Shown here piece after piece: positions 50,260 through 59,959 of a stretch of DNA of 64,000 bases. The translations under genes and the position numbers were made by a program. The stretch comes from Candidatus Binatia bacterium (lineage in GTDB: Bacteria; Desulfobacterota; Binatia; Bin18): assembly GCA_963666315.2 (NCBI GenBank), contig CAXXHG010000010.1, positions 32,001 through 96,000 of the forward strand, given 5' to 3'. A model generated the notes under the pieces. It was not told the DNA's origin, searched no databases, and worked only from the letters and a program-made list of their open reading frames with translations. Numbering within the stretch: position 1 is the first letter of the stretch; each line of letters begins with the position of its first letter.

Positions 50260-50417
50260 GTCTGAATCCGGCTCTGGAACCGATCCGACCTCTCCGATGC
50301 CGGCAGGGTTGCCATCATGCATGGAGTCGGCTATCCCGTACCCTGCCGCTCTCACTTCCGCTGTATGGATATTTGGCACACGGCGGAGCCGATCACGGTC
50401 GGAGATCAGAGCTAGAC
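50260..50417. repeat. Long imperfect inverted repeat, degenerate attC-like site
   Basis: Pairings GCTCTG/CAGAGC, TCCGACC/GGTCGGA, CTCCG/CGGAG and CGGCAGGGT/ACCCTGCCG; ends GTCTGAAT...GCTAGAC resemble the R'' and R' boxes. Confidence 0.45.
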
Positions 50418-50486
50418 GCCAAGCCTATGGTGAAGGGAACGTACGAAACGGTTGGCTGCTTCAACTGATCTGCTAGGAGATAGATT

Positions 50487-50859
50487 GTGGGAAACCATGG
50501 CGTCAAAAAGGTCATTCAGTTTTGTTATGGCCATCGTCTCCTTGACTATGATGGTAAATGCCGGAATCTACATGGCCGTAACGCTCAGTTGGAGATCGAG
50601 ATCGACTCCGGGGGACTGGATCGACTCGAGATGGTCATCGATTTTGGGGAGATCAAGGACATAGCCAAGGGGTGGGTCGATGACCATCTTGATCATAAGA
50701 TGTTACTGCACCGTGACGACCCCATTGCTAAAGTGTTGCCCAACCGCCGAAAATATCACCAAGCTAATCTTCCATACATTGTCCAAGTTGGGACTACACG
50801 TCTCCCGTGTGAGCCTGGGGGAAACACCCAGCATCTGCGCGACCCATAGCGAGGATTAA
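50487..50859 (+). pseudogene. queD: QueD (6-carboxytetrahydropterin synthase), internal deletion plus frameshift
   Basis: FCYGHRL..Y.GKCRNLHGRN (HGH changed to HGR), MVIDFG, LDHK; the second frame gives PTAENI...GETP. Confidence 0.85.
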
Positions 50860-50863
50860 TCCT

Positions 50864-51511
50864 GTGACCAGAGTTGCCGTTTTAGCCAGTGGTGGACTCG
50901 ACAGCAGTGTCTTACTGTACGATCTGGCCAGCACATACGATGTCGCCCCGCTCTATATCGAGAAAGGCTTGGCCTGGGAAACCGAAGAGCGTCGGGCGCT
51001 GAAGCGCTTCGTAGATAGGCTCGATCATCCACGAGTCAGCGCACCCGTGACCTTGCCACTCCTGGTCGATGGGCTGTACGGCAAACACTGGAGTGTCACG
51101 GGTGAGGGCGTACCGGCAGCGGATGAGCCTGACGAAAATGTCTTTCTGCCGGCTCGCAACATTTTGCTCTTTACGGCTGCTGCTATTTGGTGCCTAGCCA
51201 ATGGGGTGCATCGCATCGCAGTGGGCTCGCTGGAGGGCAATCCCTTTCCGGATGCGACGGATGAATTTTTTGCCGATCTGGCGCGGTTGCTGAGTACCGC
51301 GCTGAGTCATGAAATCACCATCGTGGCCCCATACCGGCATTTGACTAAGAAAGCCGTCATCAAGCAATTCCAGCATTTGCCCTTGGCGCTGACCCTGACG
51401 TGCAACGCCCCGCATAGCGGTCTGCATTGCGGCGGGTGCAACAAATGTTACGAGCGGCAGCAGGCATTCATCAAGGCCAAGGTTCAGGACCAGACGCCCT
51501 ATGCGCAATAA
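50864..51511 (+). CDS. queC: QueC-family 7-cyano-7-deazaguanine synthase (PP-loop ATPase)
   Basis: SGGLDS, FLPARN, GNPFPDAT, C-terminal zinc site C...HCGGCNKC.ER. Confidence 0.85.
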   Translation: MTRVAVLASGGLDSSVLLYDLASTYDVAPLYIEKGLAWETEERRALKRFVDRLDHPRVSAPVTLPLLVDGLYGKHWSVTGEGVPAADEPDENVFLPARNILLFTAAAIWCLANGVHRIAVGSLEGNPFPDATDEFFADLARLLSTALSHEITIVAPYRHLTKKAVIKQFQHLPLALTLTCNAPHSGLHCGGCNKCYERQQAFIKAKVQDQTPYAQ

Positions 51512-51562
51512 GACGAGACCGTCGGTAAGCCCCCAACTTTGCTAGCAGGCAAGGAAGAGAAG

Positions 51563-54088
51563 ATGAGTACCCCACTTCGCCTCCACCCCCAAGAACAGAT
51601 TCAGCAGTATCTCGATCCTGACTCGTTACCGGCACAGCCGCCACCCCTCATATTCTTGTCGATGCCGTTCGGGCTGCCGTATATGCCGTCGCTGGGTCTG
51701 TCGTTATTGAAGGCCGGTTTGGCGACGCGGGGCATTGCCGCCGATATCCGCTACCTAGGGATGACATTTGCCCAAACCATCGGCTACCCGTTTTATCAGC
51801 GCTTGGCGCATGGCGGCTCGAGCGATCTGGGAGATTGGATTTTTTACCGGGCACTCTACGGACCGCCATCGGCTTCGCAAATCGAGCGGTTTTGGCAACT
51901 GCAATTTGCAGACGGGTCGCCGCGCGGCATGGCAACCAGCTTTGAAGCCTTGCAGGAGCGCGTGGCCCAGGCGCAAGTGCGCGCCTGCGAGTTTATCGAC
52001 CACTGCCTGCACGAGATCGATTGGGCGCAGTATCGCATGGTCGGATTCACCACCATGTTCCAACAGAACCTAGCCTCACTGGCCCTGGCCGGGCGCATCA
52101 AAGAGATGCATCCTGACGTCCAGATCTTGTTCGGCGGACCGAATGCCGAGGGCGACATGGGTGCCGGTCTCATGGCATGCTTTCCGTTCATTGACTTTGC
52201 CTTTTCGGGAGAATCGGACGACCGCTTCCCGGCCTTTGTGGAAGCGATCTTAGCCGCTGAGCCCATCCCCTTAACGGGTGTGATCTCGCGCCATACACCC
52301 GGCGGCGCCGTACGCCTGCCCACCAATTGGGGCGGCCCCATTCATGACATGGATGCCCTGCCGTATCCAAACTTCGATGATTTCTACGCTCAGTTCAACG
52401 CGGCTTTCCCCGAGTTGCAACCGCACCTGAACTACGAAACCGCACGCGGCTGCTGGTGGGGAGCGAAGAGTCACTGCACCTTTTGTGGTTTGAACGGCTT
52501 GACGATGGCCTTTCGCAGCAAATCGCCGGACCGGGCCATTGACGAGATCAGTTTTCTGCACCAGCGATATATGGACCCGAACCGGGTCGTGCTCATGCAG
52601 CCGGCCGATCAGATCTTGGATTTACGGTATTTTGACTCGATGATTCCGCGCCTGCCCACCGCAGCGCCCGGCATTCCGACCTTCTTCGAGATCAAGGCCA
52701 ACTTGAGCCGCGACCAGGTCGCAGCCCTGGCCACAGCGCATGTGCACATTGTGCAACCGGGCATCGAGAGTCTCAGTAGCCAGGTGCTCAAATTAATGCG
52801 CAAAGGTTGTACCTTGTTGCAGAATATCCAGCTCTTAAAATGGTGCGCGGAGTTCGGCTTGCACGCCATCTGGAACTTGCTGTATGGATTTCCCGGAGAG
52901 TGTGAGGCAGATTATCAGCAGACCTCCGAGGCGGTGCCGCTGATCGCTCATCTGCAGCCGCCGAAGAAGTTCTTTGCCATTGAGCTCGATCGCTTTAGCC
53001 CCTATTTCACATCGCCCCAAGAGCTAGGCGTGAAAAATATCCGCCCGCCAGAAATTTTTTCGATCCTCTACCCGTTCGATGCCCAGCATCAATACGATAT
53101 TTGCTATACGTTCGATTTTGACTATATCGAATCCCGCGAGGCCACCACCTATCTGGGCTCCTCCCTGGACCGGGTTGCGCGATTATGGATGCGGACGCGG
53201 CAACGGGGCGCCTTGGTGGGGTTTTACGATGCAGAACGCCTGTTGATCTGGGACAGCCGTATCGGCGCCGTTAATGCCTGGGTCGAAATCCATGGGCCGT
53301 ATCGCGAGGCGTTGCTGCAAGCTGACCGTATTCTGGTAGAGAACCGGTTGAGAGATGTCTTTGCCGATGCGATCGGTGCAGCAGACGCGCAGACGACGCT
53401 GGATGATTTTTTGGCGTGCATGCAGCACCGTGGATTCGTGTTGCGTGAGGATGGACGGCTGCTGTCCTTAGTTGTGCTCAACGCCGTCTCGGATCACCTC
53501 CCCGCTGTATCCGAGGATCAAGTCGTCCACATCGCGCCTCGCCTCAACGACATGCCGGACGCTGGCATCGTCGCATTTGGTGGTGCGGCCATCGACGACG
53601 TGCTTGCCCGTCCACCGGATGACAGCGACCGGTATCAAGTCGTCCTGACCGGGCAGATCCTCCGCATATCGCGCATATCGCGCATGTCGACGGATGATAC
53701 TCAAGGCATTGACGGCGTGTGTGTGGTGGAATCGTTTTGGGGCGTCTCAGCATTTCGTTTGAGCGGTACGGTGCAGATGGCTCAGGGTAAGCCTACACGG
53801 CTTGCTCTGACTGCGGAGCGGGTCAGCGGCTTTGAGGCCGGACCATGGACCCTGGAGTTCGAGTCCGGCGATCACGGCTCGATCGACGCCGCCGGGGCCC
53901 GCCTCAGCGGCGATGCCCACTACCATGATGCGGTCAATCCATCTCTGCCGCTGCGTATGGCAGTCGAGGCTCTCACCGCGCCGGACGGATCGCGCCAGAT
54001 GCGCTTCAGCGCCACCGGAGAGGGCTTTTACTACGCCAGTTTTCTGGCCGCCGGTGAGAGTGTCGGCGGGGCTGAATCCGTTTTTTAA
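51563..54088 (+). CDS. RiPP-maturation-type radical SAM enzyme (TIGR03975-like; B12-binding-like N-domain) with a ~200-aa C-terminal extension
   Basis: SMPF..PSLGLSLLKA, GFTTMFQQNLASLALA, GGPNAEG, ETARGCWWGAKSHCTFCGLN (CX7CX2C), QPGIESLS, WNLLYGFPGE, DRFSPYF. Confidence 0.88.
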   Translation: MSTPLRLHPQEQIQQYLDPDSLPAQPPPLIFLSMPFGLPYMPSLGLSLLKAGLATRGIAADIRYLGMTFAQTIGYPFYQRLAHGGSSDLGDWIFYRALYGPPSASQIERFWQLQFADGSPRGMATSFEALQERVAQAQVRACEFIDHCLHEIDWAQYRMVGFTTMFQQNLASLALAGRIKEMHPDVQILFGGPNAEGDMGAGLMACFPFIDFAFSGESDDRFPAFVEAILAAEPIPLTGVISRHTPGGAVRLPTNWGGPIHDMDALPYPNFDDFYAQFNAAFPELQPHLNYETARGCWWGAKSHCTFCGLNGLTMAFRSKSPDRAIDEISFLHQRYMDPNRVVLMQPADQILDLRYFDSMIPRLPTAAPGIPTFFEIKANLSRDQVAALATAHVHIVQPGIESLSSQVLKLMRKGCTLLQNIQLLKWCAEFGLHAIWNLLYGFPGECEADYQQTSEAVPLIAHLQPPKKFFAIELDRFSPYFTSPQELGVKNIRPPEIFSILYPFDAQHQYDICYTFDFDYIESREATTYLGSSLDRVARLWMRTRQRGALVGFYDAERLLIWDSRIGAVNAWVEIHGPYREALLQADRILVENRLRDVFADAIGAADAQTTLDDFLACMQHRGFVLREDGRLLSLVVLNAVSDHLPAVSEDQVVHIAPRLNDMPDAGIVAFGGAAIDDVLARPPDDSDRYQVVLTGQILRISRISRMSTDDTQGIDGVCVVESFWGVSAFRLSGTVQMAQGKPTRLALTAERVSGFEAGPWTLEFESGDHGSIDAAGARLSGDAHYHDAVNPSLPLRMAVEALTAPDGSRQMRFSATGEGFYYASFLAAGESVGGAESVF

Positions 54089-54180
54089 GACACCCGATCG
54101 GTACCTTTGGCGGCTTCGACGTACAGGCTTTCGCTTTGCCGCCGCGCCAACACTCGTCCCTCATCATCGTTTAACATCGC

Positions 54181-55497
54181 TTAACGTGCGTCAAGTTTTG
54201 CTACATAGTCCCAGAATGACGGATTGCCAGGAGAAACGCGAGCCAAGGTTAGCGGCCATTCGTCATTTTCATCAGAGCCATCTCCGTCGCCTGGGGGTGA
54301 GTCGACGTGAAGTGGCCGTTGATCCGAAAACTCAAAGCCCTCGGGTAACGAATGATCTTGCCGATTGCCCAGTGACCCAACGGGCTGAGGCAGGTGCAAT
54401 ATCGACTGAAAGATGCGATTCCATACTGCGCATGAGTGGTCAATAGCATACCAGTCGCGAACCATATGCGAGGCATGACTGACGAGCCGTTGGTATAGGT
54501 CAGGACCCGCCCAGAGCCGCATCAAACAATCAGCCGCGGCTGACGCATCGCCGATGGGAAACAGCATACCGGTTTCTTCGTGGCGCAGCGCCCGTTCCAG
54601 CCCCGACCCGTAGTATCTTGACGACACAACCGCCACATTCCTGGCCATGGCTTCATACACGACAAAAGGGCCGGTATCCGTCCACGAGGTCAGCAGCAGC
54701 ACATCACGGCCCGGGTGCATATGCGTCCAAGTGTCTTCCGGTGCCAACCGGCCCAGCAACCGTGCCGAGCCATTGTGTATCCAGGGCTGTATACGCCGCC
54801 GGAATTCGGCTTCGTCCGGCCCCAATCCTATGACCGTGAGTTCGAAGGGTACGGATCGCGCGTCCAGTGCATCGAGAATCAGGGGAATGTCATGCACGCG
54901 TTTGTCCGGCCAGTCGATCCGCCCAACGTAAAAGATGCTTAGGCGGTCGGCGCGATGTCTGGGTGGTGCAACCTGACGGGCAGAAACGCCGTAAGGTCCA
55001 TAACAGACGCGCTCGGGCGCCATCCCGCCCAAGGTGATGACAAGCTGCCTGGTGAGCTCATTGGTGCAGATCACTGCGTCGAGAACGTGAGCCCAATCCG
55101 CAATGTCTTTCAACAATCCCTCATCAATCATCTGGGCGGACATGGCAATCCTCGGCATGGATAGACCCGCTGACCGACACTCGCCCACCACCACCACTGC
55201 ATCCGTGACATTCAGAGTAATCACGAGGTCGGGCTGGATCGATTGGATCGCCCGGCGCAGTGCGTCGCGCCGGCCCTCAGGGGTGCCCGTCGTGCAGGAA
55301 ATCCGCACCCATTCCTGGTGCGGATGCTGCTCCAGGTAGCGTTCCGGACGGTGAAATTGCCTCCCCTGCAGTAATCCGATGCTGACCCGCCAGCCGCCAT
55401 TGCGCAGTCCCGGCTCGATGTAGTCAAGCCAAGTGGCGGCGCCACCGAGCGTATGAGCAGTCCGGTTGAGAAACAGGATGTGTGGTTGCATACGCAC
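54181..55497 (-). CDS. GT4 (GT-B) glycosyltransferase
   Basis: YVGRI..PDKR, GLGPDE, LLTSWTDTGPFVVYEAMA, LFPIGD. Confidence 0.85.
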   Translation of the reverse strand: MRMQPHILFLNRTAHTLGGAATWLDYIEPGLRNGGWRVSIGLLQGRQFHRPERYLEQHPHQEWVRISCTTGTPEGRRDALRRAIQSIQPDLVITLNVTDAVVVVGECRSAGLSMPRIAMSAQMIDEGLLKDIADWAHVLDAVICTNELTRQLVITLGGMAPERVCYGPYGVSARQVAPPRHRADRLSIFYVGRIDWPDKRVHDIPLILDALDARSVPFELTVIGLGPDEAEFRRRIQPWIHNGSARLLGRLAPEDTWTHMHPGRDVLLLTSWTDTGPFVVYEAMARNVAVVSSRYYGSGLERALRHEETGMLFPIGDASAAADCLMRLWAGPDLYQRLVSHASHMVRDWYAIDHSCAVWNRIFQSILHLPQPVGSLGNRQDHSLPEGFEFSDQRPLHVDSPPGDGDGSDENDEWPLTLARVSPGNPSFWDYVAKLDAR

Positions 55498-55530
55498 GGC
55501 TACCGAGCAAAGCGGGTGAGAGACGCGTAC

Positions 55531-56058
55531 TCAGTGCAAGGCAGGACCGTGCACCCAACCGGCCAATACAATCCGGGTACCACCCGTGAGGGGGGAAACC
55601 GTATGGATTTCGTGGGCGGGAAAGAAGACCGCATCCCCTTGCTGCATGGTAATCGTATCTATTTCGGCCACGGTTAACACACCACCCGAAAAATCGTCTG
55701 ACGGAACCAGTTGCATGATACAGCTCAACTTACTTGAGTCCGGTAGGCGGTAGTCGCGATCCACGTGCGGCCGTGTCCAGTATCCATCTACGTATCTCAG
55801 GACTCGAAAGGTTTCGGCAATACCCGTCAGTGACAACTGCCAATATTCCTGATTCAACTCGGCAGCGGTTGTCGCCATCTTTGCGTAGACAAATTCCGCT
55901 TCCGCCGGCGTCACTTCACAGGTCTCAACCTGTACCGCGCCCGTTTCGCCATAACGGGAGTGGTCGAAATGCCGATACCCTTTATGTGCCGCAATCGCCA
56001 CCAGCCGCTCACATTCACTCTGAGATAACAGCCCCGTGCGGCACACATGGGAGGGCAT
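55531..56058 (-). CDS. 2OG-Fe(II) oxygenase (prolyl-4-hydroxylase/PKHD-like)
   Basis: LRY...HVD...KLSCIMQL...FSGG.L...GDAVFFPAHEIHTVSPLTGGTR (HxD...H...R). Confidence 0.88.
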   Translation of the reverse strand: MPSHVCRTGLLSQSECERLVAIAAHKGYRHFDHSRYGETGAVQVETCEVTPAEAEFVYAKMATTAAELNQEYWQLSLTGIAETFRVLRYVDGYWTRPHVDRDYRLPDSSKLSCIMQLVPSDDFSGGVLTVAEIDTITMQQGDAVFFPAHEIHTVSPLTGGTRIVLAGWVHGPALH

Positions 56059-56405
56059 TCTCCGAGAGAAGAGTGGGATCGGGTACAGAATTGACTGTGA
56101 TACGTCCGTCGTGCTGACACCTTTTCCGCAATAGATAGGGTTCGGCAACGAAGTTATGGCCCAGCCATGATGGTGTCAAGGCTTTTGTAAGGAAGCCGGG
56201 ATCGACCACCTTACGGTTGGAGCCAAGCTGGTTCTACGCCATAAATGAGACACGGACACAAGGCGGACTCGGGCCGATAATGAAATCCTCGGCGGTCAAA
56301 ATCTCCCGCGACTGAGCCTATAGGCCATTTCGACATGCACACGATAATGATCAATACTCGTGAGCCGAATCGAAGGTCGATAGTAACTTACCAGGAGGCG
56401 ATGAT

Positions 56406-57755
56406 ATGGATGCCAACGCAGTGAGGCAGCACATTGAAAAGGAGCCGATCAATCAATGGGCACAAAGGCTGGGCGTAACTGCCACCACAGGCCATGATCA
56501 GCTCATCGGACAGACTCTACGGATTCATGGCAAGGGAGCTTTCGAGGTCAACCGTATTGAGGGCAGTGAAATCTACCTCAATGGTAAAGAGAGACCCATA
56601 CCCATCAGTGTGTTAACCGATGAGAACGGGGAATATTCGGCTTGGAAGGCAGACGGGAGTCGATTTGCCGCAAGAGTCAATGTCGTGACCGGTAACAGCG
56701 GTGCCCGCTCGCAAGAAGATCGACAGCACAGCCGCAAGCCGAGACAGTCCACGTCATCCAAGCGACAGCTGGAGCAGCTAGAGCAGCTGAACAAGGCGGG
56801 GGCGGAGATTCCGGCGACCGATGTCAAAGAAATCAACCACATGTTCTTAGTGCGGAATCCAGATGCGCTACACCGTACCGATCCATTGAACGTTGTCTTT
56901 GGCTTTGAGATGGCCAAAATCACCTATGTGGACCCGATTGGAAAAGTCCCAAAAGCCCTTGAACAGCCAGGGATTGGATTCAAAGAGGTTCGCGCCTTCG
57001 ATTCCAAGAACACGGACACGCAGGCATTCATCGCGGTAACGCCGGATGAAAAGGGCATTGTGATTGCGTTCCACGGTACGACGCCGGGCAAGGACATCTT
57101 GACCGATCTCAGCGTATCCTTTGACGATTTCGCGCTTGGTGGACAGGCGCATGAGGGCTTCCAAGACTACGTTCGTGGCGTGAAGGAGCTCATATACGAA
57201 CACCTTGAGAAGGTTATGCGGCGATACCCTGACGCCAAGATTTTTGGCGCGGGCCATAGCCTGGGTGCCGCCGCTATTGTTAACTTCATTGGTACAGCGT
57301 TGGGGGAAGGTGTCATCGAAGCCGCCCAGGTAGGCAGGGTGGTGCTGGCAGGTTCTCCAAGAGGGTTCGATAGGGAAGCCGCCCGGCTCTTCAACAAACT
57401 CATCCGAGCAAGAGTCGACCGATGCGTGAACGCCTCAGACATTGTGACCAAGCTGCCGGCGCTTCTTGCCTCAGTGGTTGCCAGTCTCTTGGCCTTGTTT
57501 CAGTCGGACGCTCATCCCGGCTTCTACAAGCATATCGGTACCTTTGCTCCGAACGTCTTCTTCGACGACAAGAGGAGAGAGACGTCGGAGCGGTCATGGG
57601 TCTATCGGATTTGGGAGCGGATACGCAGCCTGAAGGGCCAAGCGACGGACCATTTCTTGGATAACTACCTGAAGTGCGGTCACCGCTGGTTGGAGGAAAA
57701 GGGTCAGCTGCCGGATGAGAACGTGAGTCAACGCTTGGCCTCTGGAGCCTATTGA
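56406..57755 (+). CDS. Class 3 lipase-family hydrolase with N-terminal extension
   Basis: IVIAFHGT, HEGF, GHSLG nucleophile elbow, GSPR, DIVTKLP, late DH; AGGAGG SD. Confidence 0.85.
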   Translation: MDANAVRQHIEKEPINQWAQRLGVTATTGHDQLIGQTLRIHGKGAFEVNRIEGSEIYLNGKERPIPISVLTDENGEYSAWKADGSRFAARVNVVTGNSGARSQEDRQHSRKPRQSTSSKRQLEQLEQLNKAGAEIPATDVKEINHMFLVRNPDALHRTDPLNVVFGFEMAKITYVDPIGKVPKALEQPGIGFKEVRAFDSKNTDTQAFIAVTPDEKGIVIAFHGTTPGKDILTDLSVSFDDFALGGQAHEGFQDYVRGVKELIYEHLEKVMRRYPDAKIFGAGHSLGAAAIVNFIGTALGEGVIEAAQVGRVVLAGSPRGFDREAARLFNKLIRARVDRCVNASDIVTKLPALLASVVASLLALFQSDAHPGFYKHIGTFAPNVFFDDKRRETSERSWVYRIWERIRSLKGQATDHFLDNYLKCGHRWLEEKGQLPDENVSQRLASGAY

Positions 57756-57883
57756 GTAGCGCAAGATTCGTCCTCCGACCGAGTTTACTTTCCCGTACGC
57801 ACGCGCGCTCCTTAATCACGCCTGCTCCAAGTGCCCGGCCGCTTTTGAGTGTGGCGGCGCATTCTGCGACCTGCGCCATTTCG

Positions 57884-57897
57884 TCATACTGGTATGA
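57884..57897. promoter_or_regulatory. Palindrome TCATAC-TG-GTATGA upstream of frc, candidate repressor operator
   Basis: Perfect 6+6 inverted repeat in the intergenic region. Confidence 0.4.
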
Positions 57898-58032
57898 GTC
57901 GACGGCTATCCGATCGGGGATTTGCGAGCCGAACAGCTGTCCCCCCTTCTTGCATCAGGGATCAGACGATATACAAATAACTGCGCAATGGACCCCTCGT
58001 AGGGAGCCCCTTGTGTGGCCAGGAGGAAAACC

Positions 58033-59274
58033 ATGCAGAGAGCTTTGAGCGGCATCCGTATCCTAGACATGACCCACGTCCAGATGGGGCCGTCCTGCAC
58101 CCAGATTCTAGCCTGGCTCGGTGCCGACGTCATCAAGGTCGAATTGCCGGGCCGGGGTGATATCACCCGCCAGCAGCTGCGCGACCTGCCTGACGTCGAC
58201 AGTCTGTATTTCACCATGCTCAACTGTAATAAGCGCAGTATCACCATTAACACCAAGACCACCAAGGGTCAGGAAATCTTTCGCAAACTCATCGAGGTGT
58301 GCGACCTACTCGTCGAAAATTTCGCGCCCGGCGCCCTGGACAGACAGGGGTTCAGCTGGGACGTTATCCACAAGATTAATCCTCGCATGATCTATGCCTC
58401 CGGCAAGGGGTTTGGCCCGGGTCCGTTCGTGGACTTCAAGGCGTACGAGACCGTCGCCCAGGCCATGGGCGGTGCCATGAGCACCACCGGCTGGGAGGAT
58501 GGCCCGCCGACCAGTACGGGCGCCCAGATCGGGGATTCCGGGACCGGCATACATCTCGTCTCGGCTATTCTGGCCGCACTCTTTCAGCGCGAGAAAACCG
58601 GACGCGGTCAGCGGGTCGAGGTCGCCATGCAGGATGCGGTGCTGAATCTGTGCCGGGTCAAGCTGCGCGACCAGCAGCGGCTTGCGCACGGTCCCTTGAA
58701 AGAATACCCCCAATATCTCACCAACACCTTCGGCGACGCGGTGCCGCGTTCCGGCAACGCGTCTGGGGGTGGCCATCCCGGTAGAGCGCTCAAATGTGAG
58801 CCCGGCGGCCCCAACGACTACATCTATGTGATCATCCAGGCCCAAGTCTGGCAGTCGCTGATGAAGCTCGTCGGACGTGAGGATCTCGGCGGCCATCCGG
58901 ATTACGCAACACCGGACGTCCGCCTGCCGCACCTGGATGAGTGTTTCAAAATTGTCGAAGCATGGACGCAGCAGCGTACGAAGTATGAAGCCATGAAACT
59001 CCTCAACGAGGTCAACATTCCCTGCGGCCCGATCCTCGACATGAAAGAGTTGCTGGAGGATGAGTCGCTGGCCGCGCAGGGCATTATAGTCGAGATCGAG
59101 CATCCCGAACGCGGGACATTCAAGACTATCGGCTGCCCGCTCAAGCTTTCGGATTCACCCGTTAAGGTGAAGACCTCGCCTCGACTCGGAGAGCATACCG
59201 AGGAAATCCTGAGGGAGCTTGTCGGTTACGGGGATAAGGATGTCGAGGCGGCGCGGGCCGAAGGCGCGATCTGA
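58033..59274 (+). CDS. frc: Formyl-CoA:oxalate CoA-transferase
   Basis: [73 protein letters not shown]. Confidence 0.93.
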   Translation: MQRALSGIRILDMTHVQMGPSCTQILAWLGADVIKVELPGRGDITRQQLRDLPDVDSLYFTMLNCNKRSITINTKTTKGQEIFRKLIEVCDLLVENFAPGALDRQGFSWDVIHKINPRMIYASGKGFGPGPFVDFKAYETVAQAMGGAMSTTGWEDGPPTSTGAQIGDSGTGIHLVSAILAALFQREKTGRGQRVEVAMQDAVLNLCRVKLRDQQRLAHGPLKEYPQYLTNTFGDAVPRSGNASGGGHPGRALKCEPGGPNDYIYVIIQAQVWQSLMKLVGREDLGGHPDYATPDVRLPHLDECFKIVEAWTQQRTKYEAMKLLNEVNIPCGPILDMKELLEDESLAAQGIIVEIEHPERGTFKTIGCPLKLSDSPVKVKTSPRLGEHTEEILRELVGYGDKDVEAARAEGAI

Positions 59275-59373
59275 AGCCGGCGAGCCATCGATTTTGGCCG
59301 GGCTGTCTCGCCTCGGGGAGATATAATGAGGGACGTTGGGTGGGAAGAGTGACATCTTTATCCAGGGAGGATT

Positions 59374-59955
59374 ATGGCTAGACGGGTAAGTTCCTGGTGG
59401 GTCTTGGGAATGGTGCTCTGTACCCTATTCGTTGCACGGGGTGGCACTGCTGACGGCCATACCAAACAGGTGACAGCAGATAGGCTTTCCTTTCGAGTCC
59501 CTGCTGACTGGATTCAGCAGACTCCGGCGAGCTCGATGCGGAAAGCGCAGTTCGAGATCCCCGCCAAGAATGACGACAAGGAAGCAGCCTCTCTGGTAGT
59601 GTACTACTTTGGTCCGAATCAGGGCGGGTCGGTCGAGGCGAACCTCAAAAGGTGGGAGCAGCAGTTCGAAGTGCCCGAAGGTACGTCACTCGCAGAGGTC
59701 AAAAAAATGGAAGAGAAGCGGCTCGCCGGGCTAAACGTGACCATTCTGGAGCTCGCCGGGACCTATGTGGCTCCTCTCTCCCCCCGAAATCCTAACGTAC
59801 GCCACAATAAGCCCAACTTCCGATTGTTTGCCGCGGTGGTAGAGACTGTCGACGGCCCCTTCTTCTTCAAAATTATAGGGCCGGCGCAAACCATGGACCA
59901 GCAGCGTGGGCAGTACATGCAGCTCATTGATTCGCTCAGCTTCCAGGCGAAATAG
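59374..59955 (+). CDS. Secreted hypothetical protein
   Basis: Signal peptide; W...P.SSMR.AQF...YFG..QGGSVEANLKRW..QF...GPFFFK..GP pattern; GGAGG SD. Confidence 0.75.
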   Translation: MARRVSSWWVLGMVLCTLFVARGGTADGHTKQVTADRLSFRVPADWIQQTPASSMRKAQFEIPAKNDDKEAASLVVYYFGPNQGGSVEANLKRWEQQFEVPEGTSLAEVKKMEEKRLAGLNVTILELAGTYVAPLSPRNPNVRHNKPNFRLFAAVVETVDGPFFFKIIGPAQTMDQQRGQYMQLIDSLSFQAK

Positions 59956-59959
59956 ACGC

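Noticed and set aside
51563-54088. Calling the radical SAM gene queE because it follows queD-queC
   Set aside because: It is ~840 aa with a CX7CX2C motif and a B12-binding-like N-domain; QueE is ~200-250 aa with different motifs.
50222-56405. RiPP precursor peptide near the radical SAM gene
   Set aside because: The short ORFs in the gaps (for example 50235-50468 and 56015-56209) lack an SD and leader/core features, and overlap hairpin or promoter sequence.
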